Shown piece after piece: positions 1-7,857 of a stretch of DNA of 50,465 nt. The DNA lies in IMG/VR virus record IMGVR_UViG_3300024429_000003, positions 1-50,465 of that record; one strand, given 5' to 3'. The stretch comes from a virus. Taxonomy: Duplodnaviria; Caudoviricetes. The translations under genes and the position numbers were made by a program. The notes under the pieces are model-generated. The model had not been told where the DNA came from and made no database searches. It saw only the letters and a program-made list of their open reading frames with translations. Position 1 is the first letter of the stretch. Each line of letters opens with the position of its first letter.

Positions 1-127
1 GGCTAAATAAATCTGTTGCTGTATCAATATCATCAAGTAATTTCCATAATTTAATTGTTTTTTCTTTCATATGCCTTTATTCCTTTCAGATAACGCAGAA
101 TTAACCGGATTGTGAGGGCTTTTCCGA
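1..127. repeat. Terminal overlap identical to 50339..50465 (circular contig)
   Basis: The first 127 nt match the last 127 nt exactly; 127 is a common assembler k-mer size. Confidence 0.97.
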
Positions 128-155
128 GCAATTCCGGTTAAATGACTTGTTATAC
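88..155 (-). repeat. attC-like site D (family 1, near-identical to 839..907)
   Basis: Minus strand: R'' GTATAAC, 5 nt, L'' ATTTAACC ... L' GGTTAAT, 5 nt, R' GTTATCT; imperfect hairpin with extrahelical bases. Confidence 0.88.
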
Positions 156-262
156 GGTTTCTTTTTTAAATTTTCTCTTATCTGATATCGGTAACAATTA
201 TATTTAATATTTTTTATTTTACAAATTTGCCGTAAACTACAATTAATAAAATCACATTTCAT
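101..262 (-). CDS. Small Cys/Lys-rich cassette ORF (MKCDFINCSLRQIC..., 53 aa; possible TTG start at 280), reads into attC D
   Basis: Translated by hand, below the ORF-track cutoff; lies between attC C and attC D. Confidence 0.5.
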   Translation of the reverse strand: MKCDFINCSLRQICKIKNIKYNCYRYQIRENLKKKPYNKSFNRNCSEKPSQSG

Positions 263-297
263 TGATACACCCCAAATCAAAATGCCTTATTCCTTTC

Positions 298-361
298 GCA
301 TAACGCTGCGATAACCTGCCTGAGCCTTTATGCGAAGGTCAGGTTTATTGGCTTGTTATAT
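298..361 (-). repeat. attC-like site C (family 2, near-identical to 606..669)
   Basis: Minus strand: ATATAAC-AAGCC-AATAAACC ... GGTTATC-GCAGC-GTTATGC. Confidence 0.88.
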
Positions 362-362
362 T

Positions 363-578
363 TTAATCATCTAATTGCATACAACATCCTAATTTTGTGG
401 TAGCCCCATCAGGCCTTGGCATCCTCGGAGTTGATTTTGGACGGTTGAATCTTTTTGCGCAGGCGGCAAGATGTTCAAGACCAAGAAAACAATGCCCATT
501 TTTTTCCTCAATAAAATCATCTTCCCCCCAAATATCCCAATTGTTACAATTACTATTAACACATTTTTTTCTTCTCAT
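363..578 (-). CDS. Cys-rich cassette protein (MRRKKCVNSNCNNW..., 71 aa)
   Basis: GGAGG RBS before ATG 578; the stop codon lies 1 nt from R'' of attC C. Confidence 0.65.
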   Translation of the reverse strand: MRRKKCVNSNCNNWDIWGEDDFIEEKNGHCFLGLEHLAACAKRFNRPKSTPRMPRPDGATTKLGCCMQLDD

Positions 579-605
579 TTTACCAACCTCCAATTATTAT
601 TTAAA

Positions 606-669
606 ATATAACGCTGCGATAACCTGCCTGAGCCTTTATGCGAAGGTCAGGTTGATTGGCTTGTTAGGG
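606..669 (-). repeat. attC-like site B (family 2)
   Basis: Minus strand: CCCTAAC-AAGCC-AATCAACC ... GGTTATC-GCAGC-GTTATAT; extrahelical C in L'' as in canonical attC. Confidence 0.9.
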
Positions 670-810
670 GGTGTGTCGGTTAAATACCAGGCTTTCCCAA
701 CACAAAGCTCTATGAGGCTGCATAAACCTGATCAGTTTATGCTTTCAACTATACATAATCCTAACCATTCGCTACCTGGGCACTTGGCCTACTTTGGCGT
801 ACAGTCCCCC
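667..810 (-). ncRNA. Candidate structured RNA in an ORF-less cassette
   Basis: GGGGG/CCCCC terminal stem, CCAGG/CCTGG stem and GCATAAAC/GTTTATGC hairpin; only a 6-codon ORF follows the RBS. Confidence 0.35.
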
Positions 811-838
811 TTATTATAATTTTTTTATTATCATTCTC

Positions 839-907
839 CCTTAACGATAGAATTAACCGGATTGTGAGGGCTTTTCCGAACAATTCCGGTTAAATGACTG
901 GTTAGCT
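839..907 (-). repeat. attC-like site A (family 1)
   Basis: Minus strand: AGCTAAC-CAGTC-ATTTAACC ... GGTTAAT-TCTATC-GTTAAGG. Confidence 0.88.
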
Positions 908-960
908 AATTTTTCCATAAGAAAATTAATGCAGTTAATTAGTTCATCAATTTTTACTTA

Positions 961-1623
961 TTAATTATCTCCGGAAATCTTTTTTGCTTCAAGTTTTTTG
1001 ATGACCGTAAAGACATCGCCGATAGTCCAGGCATAGCCGATGACCCTGCCGGCTGCCTCAGCTTCCCGGCCCCATTTTTTCTGCAGAGGAGAAGGGGTCC
1101 CTTTTGCAGATTTAAGCTCTACAGATCCGGCCGCGCCTTTCCAGCATAACAGCCAATCATGGATACCGGCACAACTGCAATATTGACCTTGCTCTTTCCT
1201 GGTTGCCTGAAGATCTTTACCGAAAAGAGGCCATAACTTTTTTACTTCTTTATTCAGGTCCTTTTCTAAACGATATTTTTTGTTAATGATTGATTCAAAT
1301 TTAGACAAGTCAATGCCAAAATTTTTTTTGAAATGGAGGAGAGTATCTTTTTCAGATAATGGTCTTATTTCATTACTTGTTATTTTCATAGATTCAGACA
1401 TTTGTGTGGAATTTTGCCATTTTGAATCCTGATTAAATGTTTTCATATCATACAACCAAGATTCAAATTCATTATCTCCCATAACATGCCGCATTGCATC
1501 TAATAAGCTATTGCCTACTTCATCCCGTTCTAAAGTTTTATCTTTAAGATAATATTTACAATAAACCCATTGGCAGGCTGCTAACAGCTTTCCGATAGTC
1601 CTATTTAAATTGTCAATTTTCAT
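961..1623 (-). CDS. VRR-NUC (PD-(D/E)XK) nuclease with an N-terminal extension
   Basis: C-terminal AGIHD...VELKSAKGTPSPLQKKW...GYAWTIGDV pattern typical of VRR-NUC. Confidence 0.75.
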   Translation of the reverse strand: MKIDNLNRTIGKLLAACQWVYCKYYLKDKTLERDEVGNSLLDAMRHVMGDNEFESWLYDMKTFNQDSKWQNSTQMSESMKITSNEIRPLSEKDTLLHFKKNFGIDLSKFESIINKKYRLEKDLNKEVKKLWPLFGKDLQATRKEQGQYCSCAGIHDWLLCWKGAAGSVELKSAKGTPSPLQKKWGREAEAAGRVIGYAWTIGDVFTVIKKLEAKKISGDN

Positions 1624-1647
1624 AATTTTTCATAAGTACGGATTTTT

Positions 1648-1950
1648 TCATAAGGCATCCTCACATATATATTCTTGTCTAAATTTTATTATAATATCCA
1701 TCTTAATCATTTTTACAACATCGCGATAAGTAACCAAATTTTTGTATCCATTTTTAGGGTCTTTTACGTATTTAATATTATTTTCTTTTATTATGAAAAA
1801 GAAAAATTCTTTTTTCATTTTATCGCCGACTATTCCCATATCTTCTTCTATTCGCCTATTTAAATCATTTTGGTTCCATTTTTTCCCATAATCATTCATT
1901 ATTTTTTCTGTTAGTCGTTCTTCTTCTTCCCAATTTATTTTATAGGCCAT
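1648..1950 (-). CDS. Hypothetical protein
   Basis: 100-aa ORF in the leftward operon. Confidence 0.6.
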   Translation of the reverse strand: MAYKINWEEEERLTEKIMNDYGKKWNQNDLNRRIEEDMGIVGDKMKKEFFFFIIKENNIKYVKDPKNGYKNLVTYRDVVKMIKMDIIIKFRQEYICEDAL

Positions 1951-1978
1951 TTTCTTTTTCTAAGGGTATATAGCTTTT

Positions 1979-2155
1979 CTACTCCCCGATTATATGAATT
2001 TTTAAAAGTTGTACCGTTAACGGTTGCCGAAGATATTCTTCCAGCAATTCAGTAACCAGACACGAATAGCTTTTTTTTGTGACCGTTGAAAGCACTTTTA
2101 ATTTCATATGTAGTTCCGGCGTCATAACCAGGCTTACTTTCCCTTTATACATCAT
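1979..2155 (-). CDS. Ribbon-helix-helix DNA-binding protein (HicB C-terminal/CopG-like), 58 aa
   Basis: Hand translation MMYKGKVSLVMTPELHMKLKVLS...KSYSCLVTELLEEYL. Confidence 0.7.
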   Translation of the reverse strand: MMYKGKVSLVMTPELHMKLKVLSTVTKKSYSCLVTELLEEYLRQPLTVQLLKIHIIGE

Positions 2156-2204
2156 AATATTATAATTCCCTTCATTGTCAGTGAACTTATGCCTCTGTTA
2201 AAAC

Positions 2205-2233
2205 TAATATCACTATATTCCCTGTTTTGTCAA
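2205..2233 (-). promoter_or_regulatory. Putative leftward sigma70 promoter for the RHH/VRR-NUC/cassette operon
   Basis: Perfect TTGACA at 2233..2228; weak -10 (GATATT). Confidence 0.4.
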
Positions 2234-2240
2234 GTTTAAT

Positions 2241-2269
2241 TTGCAAACTATTTTGATTAGTGGTATAAT
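2241..2269 (+). promoter_or_regulatory. Sigma70 promoter of the integrase
   Basis: TTGCAA-17 nt-TATAAT with extended TGn. Confidence 0.7.
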
Positions 2270-2297
2270 AACAATACCTCCGAGGTTTTAGCAAAAA

Positions 2298-3422
2298 ATG
2301 AAAATCAGAACTAAAGAAAAATGTCCTTTGTGCGGGGGGAGATTTGTCGATATAGGCTGGACCTTTATCTGCCCGAAAAGAGAATGCCTGACACATCCGA
2401 AATATTATTATATCGAGATATGCTGGAAGGGAAAACAATATCGATTATATTCTTCGAGTAGAGGAAAAGGATTTAAAACCTTCGATTCCGTAAAAGAAGA
2501 ATTTAAGCGAATAGAAGACAGGATTGCTGAAAGGTCCTTTGACCCGGAGGACTATCAAAAAAATAGAGAAATACACTTTTCCTTCGAGCATTATGCTGTT
2601 AAGTGGGTAGAGCAATGCCGGACAAAACTTGACCAAAATATTATTGCTCCTCTTACATACAAAGCATCGGAGAGATATACCCGCCTCTATTTTATTCCTC
2701 ATTTTAAAAAATCTGATATCAGAGATATTAATAACAGCGATATAACCGACTTCTGGCATGATCTTCCGGCTTCTCTGAAAATTAACACACAGAAGAATAT
2801 TCTCCGCTGGCTGCATACATTATTTTCCTACGCAAGACAACGGCAGGATATTTTTTATCTTCCGGTTTTTCCTAAAATAAAAGCTGAAGACAGCTTTATG
2901 CCTATATTAAACACAGAAACTATAAAAAAAATTTATAACCGGGTCAGACCGGCATACAAGCCTGTAATTCTATTCCTCTGGAAACAAGGCTGCCGACCGG
3001 CAGAGGCCAGATCTCTACAAATAGAGGATATTAATCAACATAATAAAACAATAACTATCAGACGATCATATTCAGGAAATGTTTATCGCGCGAAAACTAA
3101 AAATAAAAAAATCAGGATAATTCCTATCCATCCTTTAGTCTGGGAAACATTAAAAAAAATAACAAAAAAAGAAGGTTTCATCTTTCTGACTCCTCAAAAT
3201 AAACCAATCAGTCATTCCACTATTCGGCGTGTGTGGCTTAAGGCTGTTACAGCTTGTGATTTGCCTCATTGTCCCCCGTATACCCTCCGCCATAGTTTTT
3301 GCAGTCGGGCCATTAACGCCGGCGTATCAAAAAAACTCGTCATGGAATTTTTGGGGACTACTGTTTCCAATTATATCCATATCTCTCCTGTCGGCCTTCA
3401 GGCATGTCTTGAAGAAGATTAA
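2298..3422 (+). CDS. int: Phage tyrosine integrase with an N-terminal CxxC and arm-binding-like region
   Basis: GCRPAEA (R), KTKNKK (K), YTLRHS (box II), C-terminal Tyr; followed by an excisionase. Confidence 0.92.
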   Translation: MKIRTKEKCPLCGGRFVDIGWTFICPKRECLTHPKYYYIEICWKGKQYRLYSSSRGKGFKTFDSVKEEFKRIEDRIAERSFDPEDYQKNREIHFSFEHYAVKWVEQCRTKLDQNIIAPLTYKASERYTRLYFIPHFKKSDIRDINNSDITDFWHDLPASLKINTQKNILRWLHTLFSYARQRQDIFYLPVFPKIKAEDSFMPILNTETIKKIYNRVRPAYKPVILFLWKQGCRPAEARSLQIEDINQHNKTITIRRSYSGNVYRAKTKNKKIRIIPIHPLVWETLKKITKKEGFIFLTPQNKPISHSTIRRVWLKAVTACDLPHCPPYTLRHSFCSRAINAGVSKKLVMEFLGTTVSNYIHISPVGLQACLEED

Positions 3423-3443
3423 TAATTTTTTTTATTTTTTTTC

Positions 3444-3472
3444 TTGACAAGGTAATATAAAGCTGATATAAC
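3444..3472 (+). promoter_or_regulatory. Sigma70 promoter upstream of xis, overlapping the inverted repeat ATATAAAG-N9-CTTTATAT
   Basis: TTGACA-17 nt-TATAAC with TGn. Confidence 0.65.
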
Positions 3473-3590
3473 TTTATATAGCTAAAGTAAATAATTTTTA
3501 CCGATAAGGTTATTAAGGGAAGGAATAAAGATGGAAGAAAGAAGAGGTTGTGTAGGAATATTGGAAAAGCACTTAAACGGGGAGGAGGAT

Positions 3591-3773
3591 ATGGCAAAAA
3601 AATTTATTACCGTTAAACGATTTGCTGAGATACTTAATATGGATCATCAAACAATAAGACGGAAAATTAAAGCCGGAGAAATACCTGCCTATAAAATAGG
3701 GGGAAAAGTACTATTAAAAAGAGAAGAAATTGATAAGTGGATTGAATCTCAAAAAATAGAGGTAAGAAATTAA
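3591..3773 (+). CDS. xis: Excisionase-family HTH (HTH_17) protein
   Basis: ITVKRFAEILNMDHQTIRRKIKAGEIPAYKIGG pattern; GGAGG RBS. Confidence 0.85.
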   Translation: MAKKFITVKRFAEILNMDHQTIRRKIKAGEIPAYKIGGKVLLKREEIDKWIESQKIEVRN

Positions 3774-3964
3774 GTAAAACTACAAGGGAGGGAATAAAAA
3801 TGAGTATAACCAGTAATTACGTGTCCTTGTCACCCCTTGTCGTTTCACTTAATTTCTTATCAGATAAAAAACCCTTAGGGGAGAGGAGAAAAAAGCATGG
3901 ATAATATTACCGTTTACAAAAGGGCAGTCATCCTCCCCGATCATTATTATAACCAGGTGACACA

Positions 3965-4192
3965 ATGAATACAAGAGAAATAGCAAATATATTTGATTAT
4001 CTGAATTATAAAAGAATATCGCTGGAACATAGTGTACCATTTTGCTTAAGACTTCTCAATAAGCAAATAAATGAAATAGCAGAGCAGGCAGGCGTTTCAA
4101 GAGGGTATTTTTATAAATCTCTTACCGGCGCCAGAAAAATAAATAAGGGAATAAGGCAGGAATTAGAGAAGCTGGGGATTAATATTAATTAA
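3965..4192 (+). CDS. Cro/XRE-like HTH protein
   Basis: INEIAEQAGVSRGYFYKSLTGAR helix-turn-helix. Confidence 0.7.
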   Translation: MNTREIANIFDYLNYKRISLEHSVPFCLRLLNKQINEIAEQAGVSRGYFYKSLTGARKINKGIRQELEKLGININ

Positions 4193-4679
4193 GGGAATAA
4201 CGGCTGAATAAAAAAAGGTAACTGCACGTATCGACGCCACGATGGCATACGAACGACGCCTTTGCCCGGATACGCGGAAAGATGCAGGAATATGCCGGGC
4301 CTATTCAGCCGGCATGAAAGCTCTATAAAATGCCCTGCGGAACCGGACAGACACTAAAAATAATGTCGTCGGCCAGAGTATAGGTGAGCTGAAAAACAAC
4401 TATAATCAAGGAGGGTATGCCTATGAAATGCTAATGTTTTAATTGGATTGGAGCCAGTATATCTAAGAGGACACACGGGGCCGGGTTTTTACGGCTCGGC
4501 TCCGGACTTAACGGCACGGTAAAAAAGAGAGGGAAGAATACTCCTACCAAGATGAATTCTTCCCCCCACAAAAACACAAAAAGGAGAGAGTTTTTTTATT
4601 TACTCCCTCCCCTTGCGCTTTTTTAATTATAACACTAATCAAAATAGTCTGCAAGGTTTGATCGGCTGAAAGGATAAAT

Positions 4680-4946
4680 ATGAAAGATTTAAAAGTATTA
4701 AAAAAACAGTGCCTGGAGGCGCTAAACGATCCAAAAAATTTACTTGCCGCTCTGCTTTTTCAACTCGGCGGACAGGCAACCATTGAACATAAACATTTAG
4801 TCAGGGCGGTTAGCGGGTTTGACGGGCGCTGTTACGGTAAAAATACACCGACAGGGTTAATTTTGACTATGGAACCAACCGGGCAGCCTGTTAATGATGA
4901 TTTTCTAAATAAAATATTGGAGCAAAATCATGCCCCGTCCTGTTGA
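4680..4946 (+). CDS. Hypothetical protein
   Basis: AGGA RBS; overlaps the next gene. Confidence 0.6.
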   Translation: MKDLKVLKKQCLEALNDPKNLLAALLFQLGGQATIEHKHLVRAVSGFDGRCYGKNTPTGLILTMEPTGQPVNDDFLNKILEQNHAPSC

Positions 4947-6375
4947 AACCGAAACGACGAAAACAAAAATTCCATCGTCATTTAATTATTTGATGGATCA
5001 TCAAAAAACAGGGCTGCTCATAACGCAGACAAACGATTATTATGGTTTCTGGGATGATATGGGCGTCGGCAAAACAGCAATGATGATTGCTGTTATCCAA
5101 ATGACGGGGCTTAAAACCTTAGTCGTCTGCCCTCGAGGGGTCATAAAAACTGCGTGGATTAAAGATCTAAAAAAATTTGCCCCGGAGTGGCTCCCCTATT
5201 ATGTGAATTTATGGGAATTATGGAAGAAGCGTAAGAATATCGGCGGACAGCTTAAATATGAAACAAACCTAAAACATTGCAAAATTGGAATCGTGAATTA
5301 CGAATCGTTCAAATCTCAAATTGAACATATTTGGAACGCCGGTTTCAAAATGGTAATTCTTGATGAATCTACCCGCATTCGGGACCCTAAATCTTCCATT
5401 GCTAAAATGATGATCGAATATTGCGATACTATTCAATACGTTTACCTTTTGTGCGGCGAGCCTGCGCCTAATCATTATCTTGAATATTATAACCAGATCA
5501 GGGTCATGGATAAAAAAATTTTTGGCAGGAGTTATTATGCTTTCAGAAACACTTATTTCAGACCTCCAAATAAAGCTGTGAAAGAAGTCCACTATGTTAT
5601 GAAGTACGAAATGAAACAGAAATTTTTAGACAAACTTAAATCAGTTTCTCGTGTTGTCTTCAAGGAAGATGTTCTGGACTTGCCTGAAAAAACGTTTAAT
5701 ATCCGCGAAGTTACCATGGATGCCGTCGAGACGAAAGCGCACAAAGAGATGAAACGACATTTATACACTCTGTTCAAAGATGTGGAATATGTAGCCGCTA
5801 ACTCAGCCGTAAAAATAATGAGGCTCAGGCAGATTACAGCGGGGTTTCTAATAAGCGCAGATAAAAGAGTCACAAGGCTTGGAAAGAGTAAATTGGATGA
5901 ATTGATATTGCTCCTCGATGAAATCGGAAATCATCAAGTATTGATTAGCGTGCAATTCCATCCGGAAGGGGATCAAATAGAGAAATATTTTTCTGACTAT
6001 AATGCCATTCCTTCTCATGAGCACAAAAAGACGTGGGGAAGGTACGACGGAACAGTTTCTTATAAACAACAAGATAAGGCCATAGAAGATTTTATGGCCA
6101 AGAGAACTCAATATCTGATCTGTCATCCAAAGTCAATGGGCCATGGGACTGACGGCCTGCAGCACGTATGTTCTTATGGTATTCATTTCTCAGTTTCTTA
6201 CTCTTCCGATGCAGATAGACAATGGAACAGCAGATTGCACCGTAACGAACAAAAGAACATATGCACGTATTATTACCTGCTGGCGGCTAATTCTATAGAC
6301 CTTGTTATCTATAGAGCTTTTCGGAATAAGCAAGATGTATCAATGGCAGTTCTTAGATACATTCAAGGGAGGTGA
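4930..6375 (+). CDS. SNF2-family (SF2) helicase/ATPase
   Basis: DDMGVGKT, LVVCP, ILDESTRI, GHGTDGLQ, SRLHR motifs. Confidence 0.92.
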   Translation: MPRPVETETTKTKIPSSFNYLMDHQKTGLLITQTNDYYGFWDDMGVGKTAMMIAVIQMTGLKTLVVCPRGVIKTAWIKDLKKFAPEWLPYYVNLWELWKKRKNIGGQLKYETNLKHCKIGIVNYESFKSQIEHIWNAGFKMVILDESTRIRDPKSSIAKMMIEYCDTIQYVYLLCGEPAPNHYLEYYNQIRVMDKKIFGRSYYAFRNTYFRPPNKAVKEVHYVMKYEMKQKFLDKLKSVSRVVFKEDVLDLPEKTFNIREVTMDAVETKAHKEMKRHLYTLFKDVEYVAANSAVKIMRLRQITAGFLISADKRVTRLGKSKLDELILLLDEIGNHQVLISVQFHPEGDQIEKYFSDYNAIPSHEHKKTWGRYDGTVSYKQQDKAIEDFMAKRTQYLICHPKSMGHGTDGLQHVCSYGIHFSVSYSSDADRQWNSRLHRNEQKNICTYYYLLAANSIDLVIYRAFRNKQDVSMAVLRYIQGR

Positions 6376-6378
6376 ATT

Positions 6379-6657
6379 ATGTCTACATTAATTGAAGACA
6401 CTTTATACGAACCAAAAATCGACAAAATAATCGAACAGCTTGCCGCTAAACGCTTAGCGCTGTTAGAAAGGGATGAATGCCCTGTGTGCCTTTTATTCGA
6501 GAAATGCTGTGTATTTGAAGCTATGGAGAACGAAGAAGGCGGAGATATATACGATGCGCTTATGCCGAATGGTGAGTGCAAGGTAAAAAAAAGACTGGAA
6601 AATATTTCGGATAAAGACCTCGGAGATTTTTATCTGCTCAGACATTGGGAGGATTAG
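6379..6657 (+). CDS. Hypothetical Cys-containing protein
   Basis: GGAGG RBS; CPVC motif. Confidence 0.6.
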   Translation: MSTLIEDTLYEPKIDKIIEQLAAKRLALLERDECPVCLLFEKCCVFEAMENEEGGDIYDALMPNGECKVKKRLENISDKDLGDFYLLRHWED

Positions 6658-6753
6658 GGCATGAAACCAGCAAGCTCCATGCCCTTTGAAAACATGCAAC
6701 TCGGTTATAAAGGATACCCCTCAAAACTAACATATCAATAGAAGGTATGTCAA

Positions 6754-6933
6754 ATGATTACATGCGCGGAAATCACAAAAGACGACACTAATGAGAAAGA
6801 CCCGCAATATTTTCTTACTGTGAAATCTATCAGGCTTCAAAAAAGCTGGAAAGTTAATCTAAATTTAATTCCGGACCCGGCGCAAAGAGAAATATTTTTG
6901 TCCTGGGCGGAAGAAACCTGGGAGGTAATGTAA
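6754..6933 (+). CDS. Hypothetical protein (59 aa)
   Basis: Hand-translated MITCAEITKDD...; TAATG coupling to the next gene. Confidence 0.5.
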   Translation: MITCAEITKDDTNEKDPQYFLTVKSIRLQKSWKVNLNLIPDPAQREIFLSWAEETWEVM

Positions 6934-7505
6934 TGTATGAACCGGCTGATATTATTGATGAAGGAATTAATAAAGCATTACAGGTAAGTCAGATGTTTGA
7001 AGATAAAGAATCTAAGGCCAATATCTTGGAATTAGCGCAAACCCTGAAGTTGAAAAATGACAGGCAAACGGCTTTAGAGGCGGAAGCTAAGACCCTTAAA
7101 TCCGAACTGGCAAAAGAAGGCGAGCAACTGTACTCGCTGATGATTGAAGCGAATATGCCGTCAGTGGGGATAGAAAATAAAACCTTAGCCCCTAAGCTTT
7201 ACCGGACTGCGTCTATTCCGACGCATATGAGAGAAGAGGGGCACGAACAGTTAAGGAAAACAGGTAAAGAGGCTTTTATTGAAGAGAAGACGAACGCTCA
7301 GACTATTGGCGCCGATTTCCGTCAAATGGTTGAAACAGGCGAAGCAATCAAAGAAGAAATCGACGGTGAAAAGGTATGGGTTTATGCTGACGGGCCGTTA
7401 AAAGGGAAACAAATTGCCTTTTCTATCACCGAGAAGAAGCAAATAGGAATAACAAGTATTTCAGCTAAAAAGAAAGGCAAAATGAAGGAGATGAGGGGGA
7501 TATGA
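6933..7505 (+). CDS. Phage replication-module protein, coiled-coil N-terminus
   Basis: 190-aa ORF with GGAGG RBS. Confidence 0.65.
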   Translation: MYEPADIIDEGINKALQVSQMFEDKESKANILELAQTLKLKNDRQTALEAEAKTLKSELAKEGEQLYSLMIEANMPSVGIENKTLAPKLYRTASIPTHMREEGHEQLRKTGKEAFIEEKTNAQTIGADFRQMVETGEAIKEEIDGEKVWVYADGPLKGKQIAFSITEKKQIGITSISAKKKGKMKEMRGI

Positions 7506-7732
7506 TAATCCATAACTGGACTGAAATAAATCTTCCATGGGGAAGAGAATACAGCGAAAAAGATTCATTTTGTAAACAACAGCTAAATAAAGCAGGGACT
7601 TTAATTGAATTAAAATCGGGAGACGTTTTATTAATCGGAGACATAAATGAATTAAGCGGTATCTGTGATGGTTGTACCGCTATCTTAGAAGATACAATTA
7701 TTAAACGATATAAAATTATTTGGAAAAAATGA
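7502..7732 (+). CDS. Hypothetical protein
   Basis: ATGA overlap; LIGDINELSGICDGC motif. Confidence 0.65.
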   Translation: MIIHNWTEINLPWGREYSEKDSFCKQQLNKAGTLIELKSGDVLLIGDINELSGICDGCTAILEDTIIKRYKIIWKK

Positions 7733-7857
7733 AGGAAATGAGTGAGAGATGATCCAAGCTGTTTATGAAGCCATAGGAGGTGTTATTTTCGGCATATGGA
7801 TAGCAGAAGGATGGATAATTTTCAAAAATCATTTTAAAAATAAGAAAGGAAAATAAA

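Noticed and set aside
1-127. Biological direct terminal repeat
   Set aside because: The 127-nt length matches a common assembler k-mer and the repeat ends inside an attC site, so it is best read as a circular-assembly overlap.
397-819. 140-aa plus-strand ORF
   Set aside because: It crosses an attC site antisense to the cassette ORF and has no RBS; shadow frame.
88-907. CRISPR array or simple terminators
   Set aside because: Repeats are 63-69 bp of three types, spacers are 140-430 bp and mostly coding, there are no cas genes and no poly-U tails; the attC layout fits better.
1579-1585. GTTAGCA as the start of the first cassette
   Set aside because: It is a 6/7 match to R'' of site A but lies inside a coding region with no attI or attC context; probably chance.
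2298-3422. Integron integrase IntI
   Set aside because: It lacks the IntI-specific insertion, has an arm-binding-like N-terminus and is paired with an excisionase.
3423-3590. attP site
   Set aside because: AT-rich with an inverted repeat, but no core or arm repeats can be identified without the host attB.
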